From contig NC_068991.1 in the NCBI RefSeq assembly GCF_001194135.2, forward strand, positions 70,317,136 through 70,376,577: a stretch of 59,442 nucleotides of DNA, in the 5' to 3' direction. Made by a program: the position numbers and the translations under genes. This DNA is from Octopus bimaculoides (taxonomy: Eukaryota). This document shows, in pieces, positions 10,240 to 22,505 of the stretch; the stretch's first letter is position 1; the number at the start of each line of letters is the position of its first letter. The notes below the pieces were generated by a model. That model was given only the letters and a program-made list of their open reading frames with translations, did not search any database and was not told where the DNA came from.

Positions 10240-12069
10240 CCGGATGCAGAAATAAATTGATAAATGTGTTAAATATTTAATTATTCTTTTGAGTTAGATA
10301 CTACTTTGACAGCTTGCTTCATATCGTCCAGTCATTTAGCTATGGACTTACCGAGGTACAACCATTAAATGTTTGGTCTAATTATTTTTGATTCTAGCAT
10401 ATTTGTAAACTGATTAATCAAAGCTGATAATTTTTCAAATTGAACAAGGAATTAAAATTCTCTATTCCTTTATTTTTCTAAATAAAACTCGGGAATAAAA
10501 CATACTGAATTTTCTTTAGAAAATACTGTTATCTAGTCATACTGGACATTCATTTGCCAATAACTACTATCTGTAAGAGTTAAATCAAATAAAAGTTAGT
10601 ATAATAATTACATCAGTATTTTCTTATGTGTTTAATGAGATATGTGATAATATGCTGGGCTGTTTTGTTCCAAGAATTCTAAGACAACAAACGCAGTAAG
10701 GTAAATTTCTTGATCTCGACTTTAAACTGATTATGAGAGAAATCTGTTATATGGCTTCGTAGATAAATTAAAATGAGGTAACTGTCTGAAGGATTAAAAT
10801 ATTGACTGTAATTACACAGTATGTTAGTTATCGCCTTACTGCACATACTGGTCATCTATCCGGACAAAAGAGGCCGTCTTTCTACTACTGATTGTCTAAG
10901 TAGATTTAAGACAGCGCAGAAGAGGGTGAAAATATACAAGTTTCTCTAATATTAGCGATCGTAAATTGAGTTGTCTGCCAAACAGTAAAAAGAGGAGTCT
11001 TTTATGAGGTGAACAGCTTTTGTTTGAATTTCGTTTTGTATTATCAAGAATGAGGGACCTCAGTTTCGCAGATAGGATGGGGTTAGGGAGAGGTTGAGGA
11101 ACAAGTAAATTAATGTCTGTCAACATAATTTATCGAAGCTTTGATAACGATGCCATGTTGAAAAAGTAGTTATAAAGAATGATACCAGTTGTCCGCTGAC
11201 ACAAGATCGTCTACTGTCAATAGCCTTGTCACGTGCTAAATCTCTTTTTGACCCAATTTTCGCTTGTGAAGGAAGAAAAGAGGGAATCCCTGCATTAGAC
11301 TCTCTGTGTTGGATATTTCACCAGTTATATAACTAGTGATATTACTGTCAACTGTCCACTAATGAGAATTCTAATAGCGATTCTTTGGTGACAAAATTCC
11401 TCAGTTCTTGGTGTCAGCTTAATTATCTTCGCAACGTAAGAGGATGATCTTACTTTGCAAGATAATCCTTGGTTGTTTGAGTTGCATGTAATGGATCTGT
11501 CAAAGACTCAAGATAGCTAATAAGATACTAGAAACGATCAGGGACCCCTGTCAAAGTCTGTAAGTGAAATAATCAGAGTATAGTATGAAAAAGTGGAGAC
11601 CATATCTACACATGGACAAGGGAGTGGTGTTGTATCTGCGAAACGACGACAAGCCCTCAGAATACTAAATGGCTTCACCACAATAAACAATGTTAACAGA
11701 TTTATCAAAATTCATTCAGCTCATGACAAATCATGAAAACGCTGGAAAGGAGATATTTTCCAGATGTTTAACATTTCTTTTAGAGTGATGGAGTTGTGTG
11801 ATTTTATAGGAAATGTATTTTGCTGTCGTTCATAATGGAAATGTGTATCAAGGGAGTTTATTTTTTTTATAGATGTGACACAAACAATATTCACTCGACA
11901 TTAGGAAATGTGTAGCTTTTTTAAACTAACATAATCATGTATTTGTTCTTACAATCAGAAAAAGATGTGAGTTTTACGTACGTTTGGAGAAGTGTGCTTC
12001 TAATCTTACACGACAACCCACTTGTTACATTCACTCTCTGGCTTCTCTTCTGTATTTTTCAACTCTCTT

Positions 12070-12300
12070 ACTCGTTTGCTTGGTTCAGTTATTTGACTGT
12101 GGCCATACTGGAGTATGGTCTCTGAGGATTTCGTTCATCAACTTGAGCCTAACGCTTACTTTTCAGTTTGGAATTTATAGTCGAACCAATAAGTTACTAG
12201 GATGCAAAAAGAGCATTGGCACCATAAGTTGTCAGACATTTGGAGACAAAAAACGCTCAAACGCAGACATGCACATACACACAATCACACATAATATACA
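12070..12300 (-). mobile_element. Old family A 3' half
   Basis: ttcagttatttgactgtggccatactggagtat... leading into the (CA)/(TA) tract. Confidence 0.6.
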
Positions 12301-12322
12301 TGCATACACACACACGCACACG

Positions 12323-12370
<48 letters not shown>

Positions 12371-12661
12371 NNNNNNNNNNNNNNNNNNNNNNNNNNNNNN
12401 NNNNNNNNNNNNNNNNNNNNNNNNNNNNNNNNNNNNNNNNNNNNNNNNNNNNNNNNNNNNNNNNNNNNNNNNNNNNNNNNNNNNNNNNNNNNNNNNNNNN
12501 NNNNNNNNNNNNNNNNNNNNNNNNNNNNNNNNNNNNNNNNNNNNNNNNNNNNNNNNNNNNNNNNNNNNNNNNNNNNNNNNNNNNNNNNNNNNNNNNNNNN
12601 NNNNNNNNNNNNNNNNNNNNNNNNNNNNNNNNNNATACATATATATGTATATGTACATACA

Positions 12662-12752
12662 GAAGTGGCTGTGTGGTAAGTAGCTTGCTTAGCAATCACA
12701 TAGTTCTAGGTTCAGTCCCACTGCGTGGAACCTTGGGCAAGTGTCTTCTACT
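12662..12752 (+). mobile_element. Family A tRNA-like head only
   Basis: gtggctgtgtggtaagtagcttgctt...ggttcagtcccactgcgtggaaccttgggcaagtgtcttctact. Confidence 0.85.
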
Positions 12753-13734
12753 AGATACTTACCATGCAGTTGGATCGATCCCGAATCCAAGCGGTTGCAA
12801 AGTGAACTTCTTCACCGCACACCTATACTTGCGGCTATATTTCATATTTATATTTCATACTTAGCAGACATATAATTGTTGAATATATGAAATATTGGGT
12901 TTAAATATGAAAACGCAAGATTGAGTACTGAGTTGTGTGAGATTTGTGATATTCTTTGATAAACTTCATATATATCATAGAACAAAATGACTGGAAATTA
13001 TGTACATTTAAAGATGAATATAAACAACACTTTTATTCTCCGATTGAAGTAAACATTCTCATATCATACAGAGACACATGAACGTCAGGCAGTTACGTTC
13101 AATATATTTCAGAACCCTGATAAATTGTTTCTAATGCAATAAGAGTTACCAATGCAGCACAGTAGTTCTGCAATCGAGTGAAAACTGGATGAGTTCAAAG
13201 CACTAATCAATTCGTAGCTATTTGCCACAGGAAAACATAATATGAGTTTATAAATTAATTGCAGACAACTCTATCAATAGGAGTTGAAAGAATTGTTAAT
13301 TATATATGAATTAAAGATAATCAGATTATTCAGTTTCATATAAAATAGATTTATATTGAAAAAAAGTTTGTCCGGAAGGAACAGAGACGAGTCTCCCGAA
13401 GGAGCTTCTCAACGCCAAAAAGCCAAATACGTAGTAAATTCAGTTACCCACAAAGGTGCTAACCTAAGTTAAGTTAGCCATTGAGGTGTTTACCTAAGTT
13501 ATGACAGCAATTGAATACTTTATGCTATTCATTGGGAAAGAAGGCTCAGCACATATTCTCTGAGGAGTTCCCAACAAACAGTTAACCGGTTCTTCAAGAG
13601 ACTCCCTTCTTTTTTTTCTTTTATGCACGTCAATAGCATAGAAAGGAGGTGTTTACACTCCTACTTCTCTCACTTAAAGGCGTTCTAATTAATTAAATTT
13701 ATTTTATTGACAATACTGGGTCATTGTTTTGTGC

Positions 13735-13786
<52 letters not shown>

Positions 13787-14003
13787 NNNNNNNNNNNNNN
13801 NNNNNNNNNNNNNNNNNNNNNNNNNNNNNNNNNNNNNNNNNNNNNNNNNNNNNNNNNNNNNNNNNNNNNNNNNNNNNNNNNNNNNNNNNNNNNNNNNNNN
13901 NNNNNNNNNNNNNNNNNNNNNNNNNNNNNNNNNNNNNNNNNNNNNNNNNNNNNNNNNNNNNNNNNNNNNNNNNNNNNNNNNNNNNNNNNNNNNNNNNNNN
14001 NNN

Positions 14004-14034
<31 letters not shown>

Positions 14035-14046
14035 TGTATGTATGTA

Positions 14047-14265
14047 TGTTTGTGTGTCTGTGTTCGTCCCCCAACATCGCTCGATAACCGATGCTGGTGT
14101 GCTTACGCCCCCGTAACTTAGCGGTTCGGCAAAAGGAGACCGATTGAATAAGTACTAGGCTTCCAAAAAAATAAGTCCTGGAGTCGATTTGCTCGACTAA
14201 AGGCGGTGCTCCAGCATGGCCGCAGTCAAATGACTGAAACAAGTAAAATAATAAAAGAGAGTAAA
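14047..14265 (+). mobile_element. Family A 3' half (5' part probably inside the gap/microsatellite)
   Basis: Near-identical to the 3' half of 41753-42165; preceded by (TATG)n. Confidence 0.9.
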
Positions 14266-14845
14266 GAGAGAGATATATACACACTAACCTAGTAACCCGT
14301 CGTTGCTGGACAATTTTCACACTAAAATATTTTTATTTCAAACAAGTAGAAGGATATATTTATCAAGGCGTAAATACTGACAGAACTGCATATATAGGGT
14401 AAAATCCCTTTTAGAGCAGAAAAATCTGTCGGCAACCAGCCATAAGCATCTGGTGCTTATCTATTCGAATAAAATCGATCGTCGATATAAGTGCCCTGGC
14501 AAAAGAACACACCAGTAATTGTAAGTAAAGAAGTAATTTTCACTACATTGCTCAACGCATATTATATTCCCTGTCGAGGTTGGATGTAGTGGATTCCCTG
14601 TCCAGCTAGGATAGAGAATGCCATTGGATAAGAGAACAAAAGTAAAATGTTGCTGTACACAGGATGGGAGAGGCAGCAGAGAGGGTCTCTAGCTGGTTAT
14701 GGAGCAATAGTGATTAGTTAAGTTGGAAGCCAGGAGAACTTGGTCAACGCTACTGACTCGACGATCGTGAGAGCGTAACACTTGAGGGTCGAAATATCTG
14801 ATGATCGTTGGATACCGTCTGATGACATCAGTTCCTTCTGGTCAA

Positions 14846-15082
14846 AGCGTGGCTCAGTGGTAAGAGAGTTGGACTCATGACCGTAAGAATGTGGTTTCGA
14901 TTCCTCTATCGGACAACGCGTTGTGCTCTTGAGCAAAACACTTCATTTTACGTTGCTCCCGTCCACTCAACTGGCGAAAATGAATAATCCTGTGACCGAC
15001 TGGCGTCTCGTCCTGGTGGAGAATTTACACACCATGAAAACCGGGAAACCGGCCCTTATGAGTCGGTGTGACTCGAGAAGGT
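14846..15082 (+). mobile_element. SINE family E, older copy
   Basis: gtggctcagtgg...gtttcgattcc...ctcttgagcaaaacacttcatttt...ccactcaactggcgaaaatga...accgggaaaccggccc, aligning to 8054-8300. Confidence 0.85.
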
Positions 15083-16239
15083 CACTTTACCTGATTTATA
15101 TAACTATATTCACAAAAGATGAACGAAGAAGGAACAGCATCGTCTTTTAGCTGTTATCAATACCATATATATTGCTACACAAACAGAACCAAAGTATTAT
15201 CAACAATGATCTTAGCCGTTTTATATTTAGCTTACCTCTGCTTTTGAACTGCCGTCCTTATGTTCCTAGTATTTGGGCGTTTTGTGCATTTATTGCACTG
15301 TTTGCAGTATATGTTCTCTAATTATAACAACGGCAACAAATCTTCTATAAATACTGAGTTGATATGTGTAGAACTTAAAACTGTAAACATACTACCAAGA
15401 TAGGTTTATGACTGATGAGCAGAAATGCACACATTCGCAGAAAGATATTTTTGCCAATTATTGGGAAACATACTCTATGTTTAAAATATTTTTGTTTTAC
15501 ATATTTAAAAAAAAATATATATAACTGATCAATAACAGAATGAGTTTGTTTTGTTTTGTTTTGAGTGTTTTGTTTCTTTTCTTTTAATAATTCTAATGGT
15601 CTTGGCACCAGGAATCGTTTATTGATTTGGTATTCATTAGCTGAAATCATAGTTGAGAAATGTAAAAATCTATACACTCAATTATTCATATACCAGTAAA
15701 TCTACTTCTGTAATCAAAGTGAAAAACGAACGAAAGAATAAAACAACAACTAAAAAAAAACCCTAAAAACAAAGGCAAAATAAATTACACTGCAGATAAG
15801 ACGTAAGGAAATATCCGCAGGAAGAGAAAATACCATGAAATATTTTGCCAAAATGGTTTAGAAGATTTTTATTCTTTTATTTAATTATGGTTTCCTCATA
15901 TATATTTATACCACCTTGTATATTTTTACTTATATATTTGTGTGTGTGTGCGTGTATGTATGTTTGTATGCATATATACGTCTGTAGACACTCATATATT
16001 TATATACATATATATATATATATATGTACAAAGTTTGTGAAACTGTCTTCCAGAGATTTCAAAAACACATTTTATATATTTTCCCTCATCTATTTCTCTC
16101 GCCAATCTCTTTCTTTTTTATTTGAAACGCTATTAGAAACAAAACAGAAGAAAAAAGTCATATAATTTCGGAATAAAATCAATCATTGCAATCTCAAAGT
16201 GTTTCTTCTTCTTCATCTTATTATTATTATTATTATTAA

Positions 16240-16283
<44 letters not shown>

Positions 16284-16300
16284 GTATTATCATTATTATT

Positions 16301-16495
16301 AAGGCGGCGAGCTGGCAGAGACGTTAGTACGCCGGGTGAAATGCTTAGCGGTATTTCGCCTGTCTCATTTCAAACTCCGCCGAAGTCGACTTTGCCTTTC
16401 ATCCTTTCGGGGTCGATATATTAAGTACCAGTTGCGTACTCGAGTCGATCTAGTAGAGCCTTGCGCCTAGAGTAGAAAAGATTATCATTATTATT
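16301..16495 (+). mobile_element. SINE family B embedded in (ATT)n
   Basis: aaggcggcgagctggcagagacgttag...gtcgactttgcctttcatcctttcggggtcgat...cctagagtagaaaagattat; small internal deletions. Confidence 0.92.
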
Positions 16496-16696
16496 AAGTA
16501 CCAGGCTTTTATAGAAGACCCGTTAAAGTCTCCACATACGCAGAGAAAAAATAATAGAAAGTAATATCTCTTTGGTTGTATGAAGATCATTCTGTGACTG
16601 AGAATTGTCCTACCAACAGCAGTCGATGAAGGAGAATCTCGGAAATCGACTGATCTCACTCAGAGGTTGAATGCATCCCACCAATGCTGTCTGCGC

Positions 16697-16855
16697 GAGT
16701 CTAGGATAATAACCCCCACCCACCGAGTACAATTATCCCTGAGGACAACAGATAAGGATTTAAAACCTCTTAATATATTGGAGAGTGGGTAATTAACCAA
16801 GGGGGAAATTATCCAAAGGGGTTAATTGTCCTAAAGGGATAATTGTCCTGATACG
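16697..16855. mobile_element. Candidate MITE with inverted subterminal repeats and an 8-bp flanking direct repeat
   Basis: Left aggataataacccc and gtacaattatccct; right ggggttaattgtcct and agggataattgtcc (their reverse complements). gtctgcgc at 16689-16696 and 16856-16863. Confidence 0.5.
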
Positions 16856-17154
16856 GTCTGCGCAGTATACACAAGGTTACTTACAGGGAGAGAATCATAA
16901 GAACATGTTGTCTCCACTACAACATAGAATGCTACGTGTTCTTTGTCTATCTCCTTAACTTCTTGGAGATATTAGGTATTATTATATTAATGTGTCCATC
17001 TGTTCTAATTTAATTAAATTGTATGTCTTTGTGCAGCTGAGGATTGCTCTGCATTCTAAATTGATGTAATGATTACATTGTTCAATTAAATGGAGTTGCA
17101 TGAAACGATCGTACTGCATTACCTCTGGATATCCTTGCTAGGCTTATACACAGT

Positions 17155-17295
17155 TTCTTTCTATAGAAGATACTCTATGGCATTGGTTGGCCCAGGTGCT
17201 TTAGTAAATGAGGCATCTCCAAGGTATTGTGCACTCGGACTGAAACCGAAACCACATACTTGCAAAACTAATTTGTTTACTATGCGGTCATGCTG
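17155..17295 (-). mobile_element. Highly degenerate family A 5' half
   Basis: ttggttggcccagg...ccaaggtattgtgcactcggactgaaaccgaaaccac resembles the reverse-complemented A head. Confidence 0.5.
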
Positions 17296-17536
17296 ACGCA
17301 AAAATACCAATTAGAAATGGAAACTCGGATTCAACACAACTGAAGTTGGTTGAGATTACATTGATGAAAAGAAAACCAATAACAAAAATTAGCAGATGGA
17401 ATTTGTAGAATTAAATCTAAAAAGATAAATGTGAAATTAATTTACTGTAAGAAACCATAGGAGATGAGTGTTTGGCAGACATAAATCTGGCCTTGAATGT
17501 TGGGTTTAACCACATTCCCATAGAAAATGCTTTTAA

Positions 17537-17570
<34 letters not shown>

Positions 17571-18361
17571 GCGCGCACACGCACACACACACACACACAT
17601 ATATATACATATATATATATATATANNNNNNNNNNNNNNNNNNNNNNNNNNNNNNNNNNNNNNNNNNNNNNNNNNNNNNNNNNNNNNNNNNNNNNNNNNN
17701 NNNNNNNNNNNNNNNNNNNNNNNNNNNNNNNNNNNNNNNNNNNNNNNNNNNNNNNNNNNNNNNNNNNNNNNNNNNNNNNNNNNNNNNNNNNNNNNNNNNN
17801 NNNNNNNNNNNNNNNNNNNNNNNNNNNNNNNNNNNNNNNNNNNNNNNNNNNNNNNNNNNNNNNNNNNNNNNNNNNNNNNNNNNNNNNNNNNNNNNNNNNN
17901 NNNNNNNNNNNNNNNNNNNNNNNNNNNNNNNNNNNNNNNNNNNNNNNNNNNNNNNNNNNNNNNNNNNNNNNNNNNNNNNNNNNNNNNNNNNNNNNNNNNN
18001 NNNNNNNNNNNNNNNNNNNNNNNNNNNNNNNNNNNNNNNNNNNNNNNNNNNNNNNNNNNNNNNNNNNNNNNNNNNNNNNNNNNNNNNNNNNNNNNNNNNN
18101 NNNNNNNNNNNNNNNNNNNNNNNNNNNNNNNNNNNNNNNNNNNNNNNNNNNNNNNNNNNNNNNNNNNNNNNNNNNNNNNNNNNNNNNNNNNNNNNNNNNN
18201 NNNNNNNNNNNNNNNNNNNNNNNNNNNNNNNNNNNNNNNNNNNNNNNNNNNNNNNNNNNNNNNNNNNNNNNNNNNNNNNNNNNNNNNNNNNNNNNNNNNN
18301 NNNNNNNNNNNNNNNNNNNNNNNNNNNNNNNNNNNNNNNNNNNNNNNNNNNNNNNNNNNNN

Positions 18362-18535
18362 TATATATAACATACAGAAAATTGCACTACTGGGTACTGC
18401 ACACATTCTACGCAAAACACTTTCAATACAGTAAACATAAGAGCACCACAGCAAACCACAGCACATACCCAAAGCGCACAGAGCTGCGCTCGGTAGTGAA
18501 GTGAAAGCACGTTATAAAAATAAGACTACTGAACA
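18362..18535 (+). mobile_element. R4/Dong-type non-LTR retrotransposon 3' end
   Basis: Encodes IYNIQKIALLGTAHILRKTLSIQ*, the characteristic QK..LLGT..ILR C-terminus of REL-endonuclease LINEs; then 3' UTR and (AAT)/(ACA) tail. The 5' part is in the gap. Confidence 0.8.
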
Positions 18536-18634
18536 ATGATAATAATAATAACAACAACAACAACAACAACAAAAACAACAACAACAACAACAACAACAGC
18601 AACAACAACAACAATAATAATAATAATAATAATA

Positions 18635-18667
<33 letters not shown>

Positions 18668-18672
<5 letters not shown>

Positions 18673-18903
18673 CCTTTCTGCTATAGGCCCAAGGTCTGAA
18701 ATTTTGGGACAGGGGGCCAGTCGACTAGATCGACCCCAGTACGCAACTGGTAGTTAATTTATCGACCCCGAAAGTATGAAAGGCAAAGTCGACATCGACT
18801 AATTCGAACGTGAATTCGGGCGAAATACTTAGCGATATCTCGCCGGACTTCACGTTCGAATTTAGCCGATGTCGTCTTTGCTTTTCATATTTTCGGAGTT
18901 CGA
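18668..18903 (-). mobile_element. Family B copy folded back on itself (~66-bp-arm palindrome)
   Basis: B tail and core on the minus strand at 18668-18827, then the same core on the plus strand at 18836-18903. Confidence 0.85.
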
Positions 18904-18956
18904 TTTCTACCGGAGTAGAAGGTGGGAGGTATGTGGGTATTTGTGTGGGGTCGGTG

Positions 18957-19490
18957 TTAAATGAAGAGAGCTGGCAAATTAAACCTATAAGGTGCGAAAG
19001 AATGAAGGGATAAGATTAATTTCTGTTCACGGTGAAGGCATGAGTCCAGGTGGCTCCTGTGCAGAGACAGTCCGAACAAAAACAGATGTAGTGAATGACT
19101 GGTGGAGCGGAAGTGGCGCGAGACGGGATTGTCATTGCGAGTCTGATGTCTCGGGGCTGCTCAGTGAACCGGTCGGCCAAGCGACGTCCAAATTAACTGA
19201 TGTACAGAGGACAGAGCGGGAGCAAGAGATACAGTAGGTAATATTACTGGAGGTCCAAATAGAAGAGTCGATGATGTGATAGGGATGGGTGCCAGTGAGG
19301 ATAAAGGTGTTGGAGAGGTAGGAGCAAGCTAGACAGCGTGGGCTAGAGCAGGAGAAGGAGCCAGGCTGGGCGCCAGGAGTAAGAAAGAAACTGTAGATCA
19401 GGTCATGTAGGTTATGGGCGCGTTTGAACAAGGAAAGGGTTGGATTAGGGAAAATGTGTAAGGTGAAGGAACCGGACTATGTAGTTTCGT
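18957..19490 (-). mobile_element. Penelope-like element, decayed GIY-YIG endonuclease C-terminal region
   Basis: Across two frameshifts: FKRAHNLHDL..PGSFSCSSPRCLACSYL..TSSNITYCISC..LYIS*FGRRLADRFTEQPRDIRL/NDNPVSRHFRSTSHS..REQKLILSLHSFAPY. This is the PLE zinc-knuckle plus GIY-YIG pattern (YCISC..YIG.TGR.L..RF.EH). Confidence 0.88.
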
Positions 19491-19811
19491 AAGACGAAAA
19501 GTGTTGAGATTACGATGGCGATAGGAATCTCAGACCAGAAACATTATAGAACATAGAACCTGTTTCTGCTATGTACAAGGTGTCAAAGAATAATAATCTA
19601 TGTTGTCTTGAATTTTTCTTCCACAGGTATCCATAAGCAGGTAGATGTGTTACTCTGATTCGATTGATTATAACGTTGCTTGGTAGGCCCACTGGCATGA
19701 AATTAAAATACAATAGAATTCTATGAAACAGCAATCAAACCTTCCTCAAAGAACAAGCAAAAGGAACGCAATGCCCACAGGTAGAAAGAGGTTTCAATAT
19801 AGATGTACTGA

Positions 19812-20190
19812 AGGCAGTGAGCCGCAAGAATCGTTAACACGTCGGACAAAGTGCTTAGGGGTATTTCGTCCGTCGATACGTGCTAAATTCAAATTCTGCT
19901 AAAGTCGACTTCGCCTTTCACACTTTCGGAGCCGATACATAGGTACTAGTTGTTGATTACAGTCAAAGTAACTGGATAGCCTCATGCACCGATGTTTCAG
20001 ACTTTGTGCCTTTAGCAAAAAAGTATTACAGATACATTGAAGGCGGCGAGAGTTCAGAGTATCGATAATATAAAGTACGATTACGGTCGATGAAATAAAG
20101 TTTCAGTTAAGTACTGTGCCTGACGTAGTATCGATTTGCCCCACCCCTCAAAATTGCTGGCCTTGTGCCAACAAAGAGAATTATAATAGA
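19812..20190 (+). mobile_element. Two tandem degenerate family B copies
   Basis: aggcagtgagc...gtcgacttcgcctttcacactttcgg (19812-20028) and aggcggcgag...ggccttgtgcc (20040-20190, internally deleted). Confidence 0.75.
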
Positions 20191-21151
20191 ATCACTGATT
20201 CATCACAGATTTTGTAGCTAAACTACGATTGAACTCTTATTAGTTCATTTACCTGGCAAACCAAAGTACCGCAGTACAATATTTCTCTGAAAATTGTTCT
20301 TTACTAAGACATTGGGGGGACAAGTTATATACATACTCACATAGTTAAATACATACATGCATACATACGTACTGTATGTGTATATATATATATATATNNN
20401 NNNNNNNNNNNNNNNNNNNNNNNNNNNNNNNNNNNNNNNNNNNNNNNNNNNNNNNNNNNNNNNNNNNNNNNNNNNNNNNNNNNNNNNNNNNNNNNNNNNN
20501 NNNNNNNNNNNNNNNNNNNNNNNNNNNNNNNNNNNNNNNNNNNNNNNNNNNNNNNNNNNNNNNNNNNNNNNNNNNNNNNNNNNNNNNNNNNNNNNNNNNN
20601 NNNNNNNNNNNNNNNNNNNNNNNNNNNNNNNNNNNNNNNNNNNNNNNNNNNNNNNNNNNNNNNNNNNNNNNNNNNNNNNNNNNNNNNNNNNNNNNNNNAA
20701 TTAACTGAAAAATGTATATATATATATATATATATAAAACAAAATAAAATCTAACAACAACAACAAGTAAAACAATAAATGAATAAATAAATAAAAGCGA
20801 GGTTGTAGGATAAAATAAAAAAGTAATTTGCTATCTTTATATAATAAAAGAAACCTTTTAGATTTTCAAATTGTTACTTTTATAATCCTAAATTTTAGAT
20901 ACATCATACAGATACAGAATTGTCTATTTTGTGATGGCTTTCTGATTTATTTTGGCTCGTTTATCCGCAAGGCTTTCACCAACCATTTACGGACGCTTTC
21001 CAAGCAGCCAAACATATGTGTGTGTGTGTATACGTATATAAGTATGCATGCGTCTATGTTTATATATATATATATATATACACAAACATGGATACATGCA
21101 TATACATATATATTTATGTATATATTAATATTATATATATATGTGTGTGTT

Positions 21152-21219
<68 letters not shown>

Positions 21220-22220
21220 ATGTGTATGTACATAATTTGTTGTTGTTCTTGTTATTGTTTTTCCGTTCTCTTTCCCCATTAATGTTCCGTCGTATTCCCC
21301 TTACGGTAATCTTTAGTGTATAAGACTGAAGTTTCAATTAAACGGCTTGTTTTTCAAATTTCCAAATATCCTAGCTTTTTCACACCACCCATCTCCACTT
21401 TCTCTACTTCTCCCTCCACCCCCTCACATCACACCCTTTCTCCAAACCATTCTTTTTCTTTCGTCCATTTTCATTTTAGGTTTTGTCCTTATTTTTGTTA
21501 TGCGTTTAGACATTTTTCTTTGTTTTTTTTTCTTTCTAATATCTCTTCTTTCACTCGCACTACCTCCACCGCTTCGTCTTATTCCTTTTAGGGGGTTCGA
21601 ATGTGTATTTAAAGAAATTACACGTAAATCCCTTCCAACCACGTGACCTAATTGCTGCCTTGTTTATTTGACTTCTTGTCGAACACTTGTCCCCGTGCTT
21701 CCTGTTTTGTCGCTCTTGTCCTTAAGATATGTTCGTCATAGCGTAAAGATTGCGTAATCGAGTAATCTTCTTCCCAATCTGTTTGCAACGCACGTAGGAA
21801 ATAAATGTAGGTTTAGTTGCTCTTTTAACTGCACTTGTATATAAGTGTGGGACAGAGAAACAGACAAATAGGAAGATGTGCCAATAGCTTCTGGCACGCC
21901 ATTCAACTAAGTTCTCTTTTCAATTCATTGACAGCTACTATAATGCTATCTGTTCCTTTCGATATTATTAATATATTCCCAACTTTCTTAAACCAGGGAA
22001 CCTCTACGTTATAATGTGACCTGCTAGAAGCAGCAGTAAAGTTTCTTTCAAATAACATCCAATCGTCAAATATAATTAGAGAAATACATTAGGTGACGTC
22101 GTTCTTTGTATGCGTAAAACGGAGCGATGTTCACGTTTGGAATGGTTATTATTATGGTTTTGTTCAGTCATGGTTGATCTGAGCTAATTAAATAAATTTA
22201 ATTATCTTTTGTACTAGAGA

Positions 22221-22442
22221 ATAATCCTTTCTACCATAAACACAAAGCCTGGAATTTTGGAGGAGTGGAACTCAGTCAACTACATCGTCTTCAGTGTTTA
22301 GGCTTGTTCTTGTTTTATCGACCGCGAAAATATGAAAGACAAGGTCGACCTCAGCATAATTTGAACTCAGAACGTAGAGTTGAAAGAAATGCTGCGATGC
22401 ATCTTTTTTTCCGGCGTGTTGACGACACTGCCAAAGAAATAG
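22221..22442 (-). mobile_element. SINE family B, older copy
   Basis: tttatcgaccgcgaaaatatgaaagacaaggtcgacctcagcataatttgaactcagaacg. Confidence 0.8.
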
Positions 22443-22505
22443 CTTTTTGAACTAGATAATAATTAGAACAGAATTTATCGTTGTCATCAGCCTCATAATA
22501 ATAAT

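Noticed and set aside
10900-11230. Possible decayed CR1/L2 reverse transcriptase on the minus strand (WYHSL, VPQ..PIL, LADNSIY)
   Set aside because: The motifs are in a plausible order but need several frameshifts and are too degenerate to call without an HMM search.
14790-14830. Two CTGATGA motifs (also at 15411 and 49566) as hammerhead or C/D snoRNA cores
   Set aside because: No compatible stem II-GAAA-stem III arrangement and no terminal stem.
17440-17535. Short peptide-like stretch ETIGDECLADINLALNVGFNHIPIENAFK
   Set aside because: May be a transposon fragment, but I cannot assign it, and it is cut by a microsatellite and a gap.
19610-19650. Possible 14-nt microexon (ttttcttccacag|gtatccataagcag|gtagat)
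   Set aside because: Weak donor, frame-shifting length and no supporting evidence.
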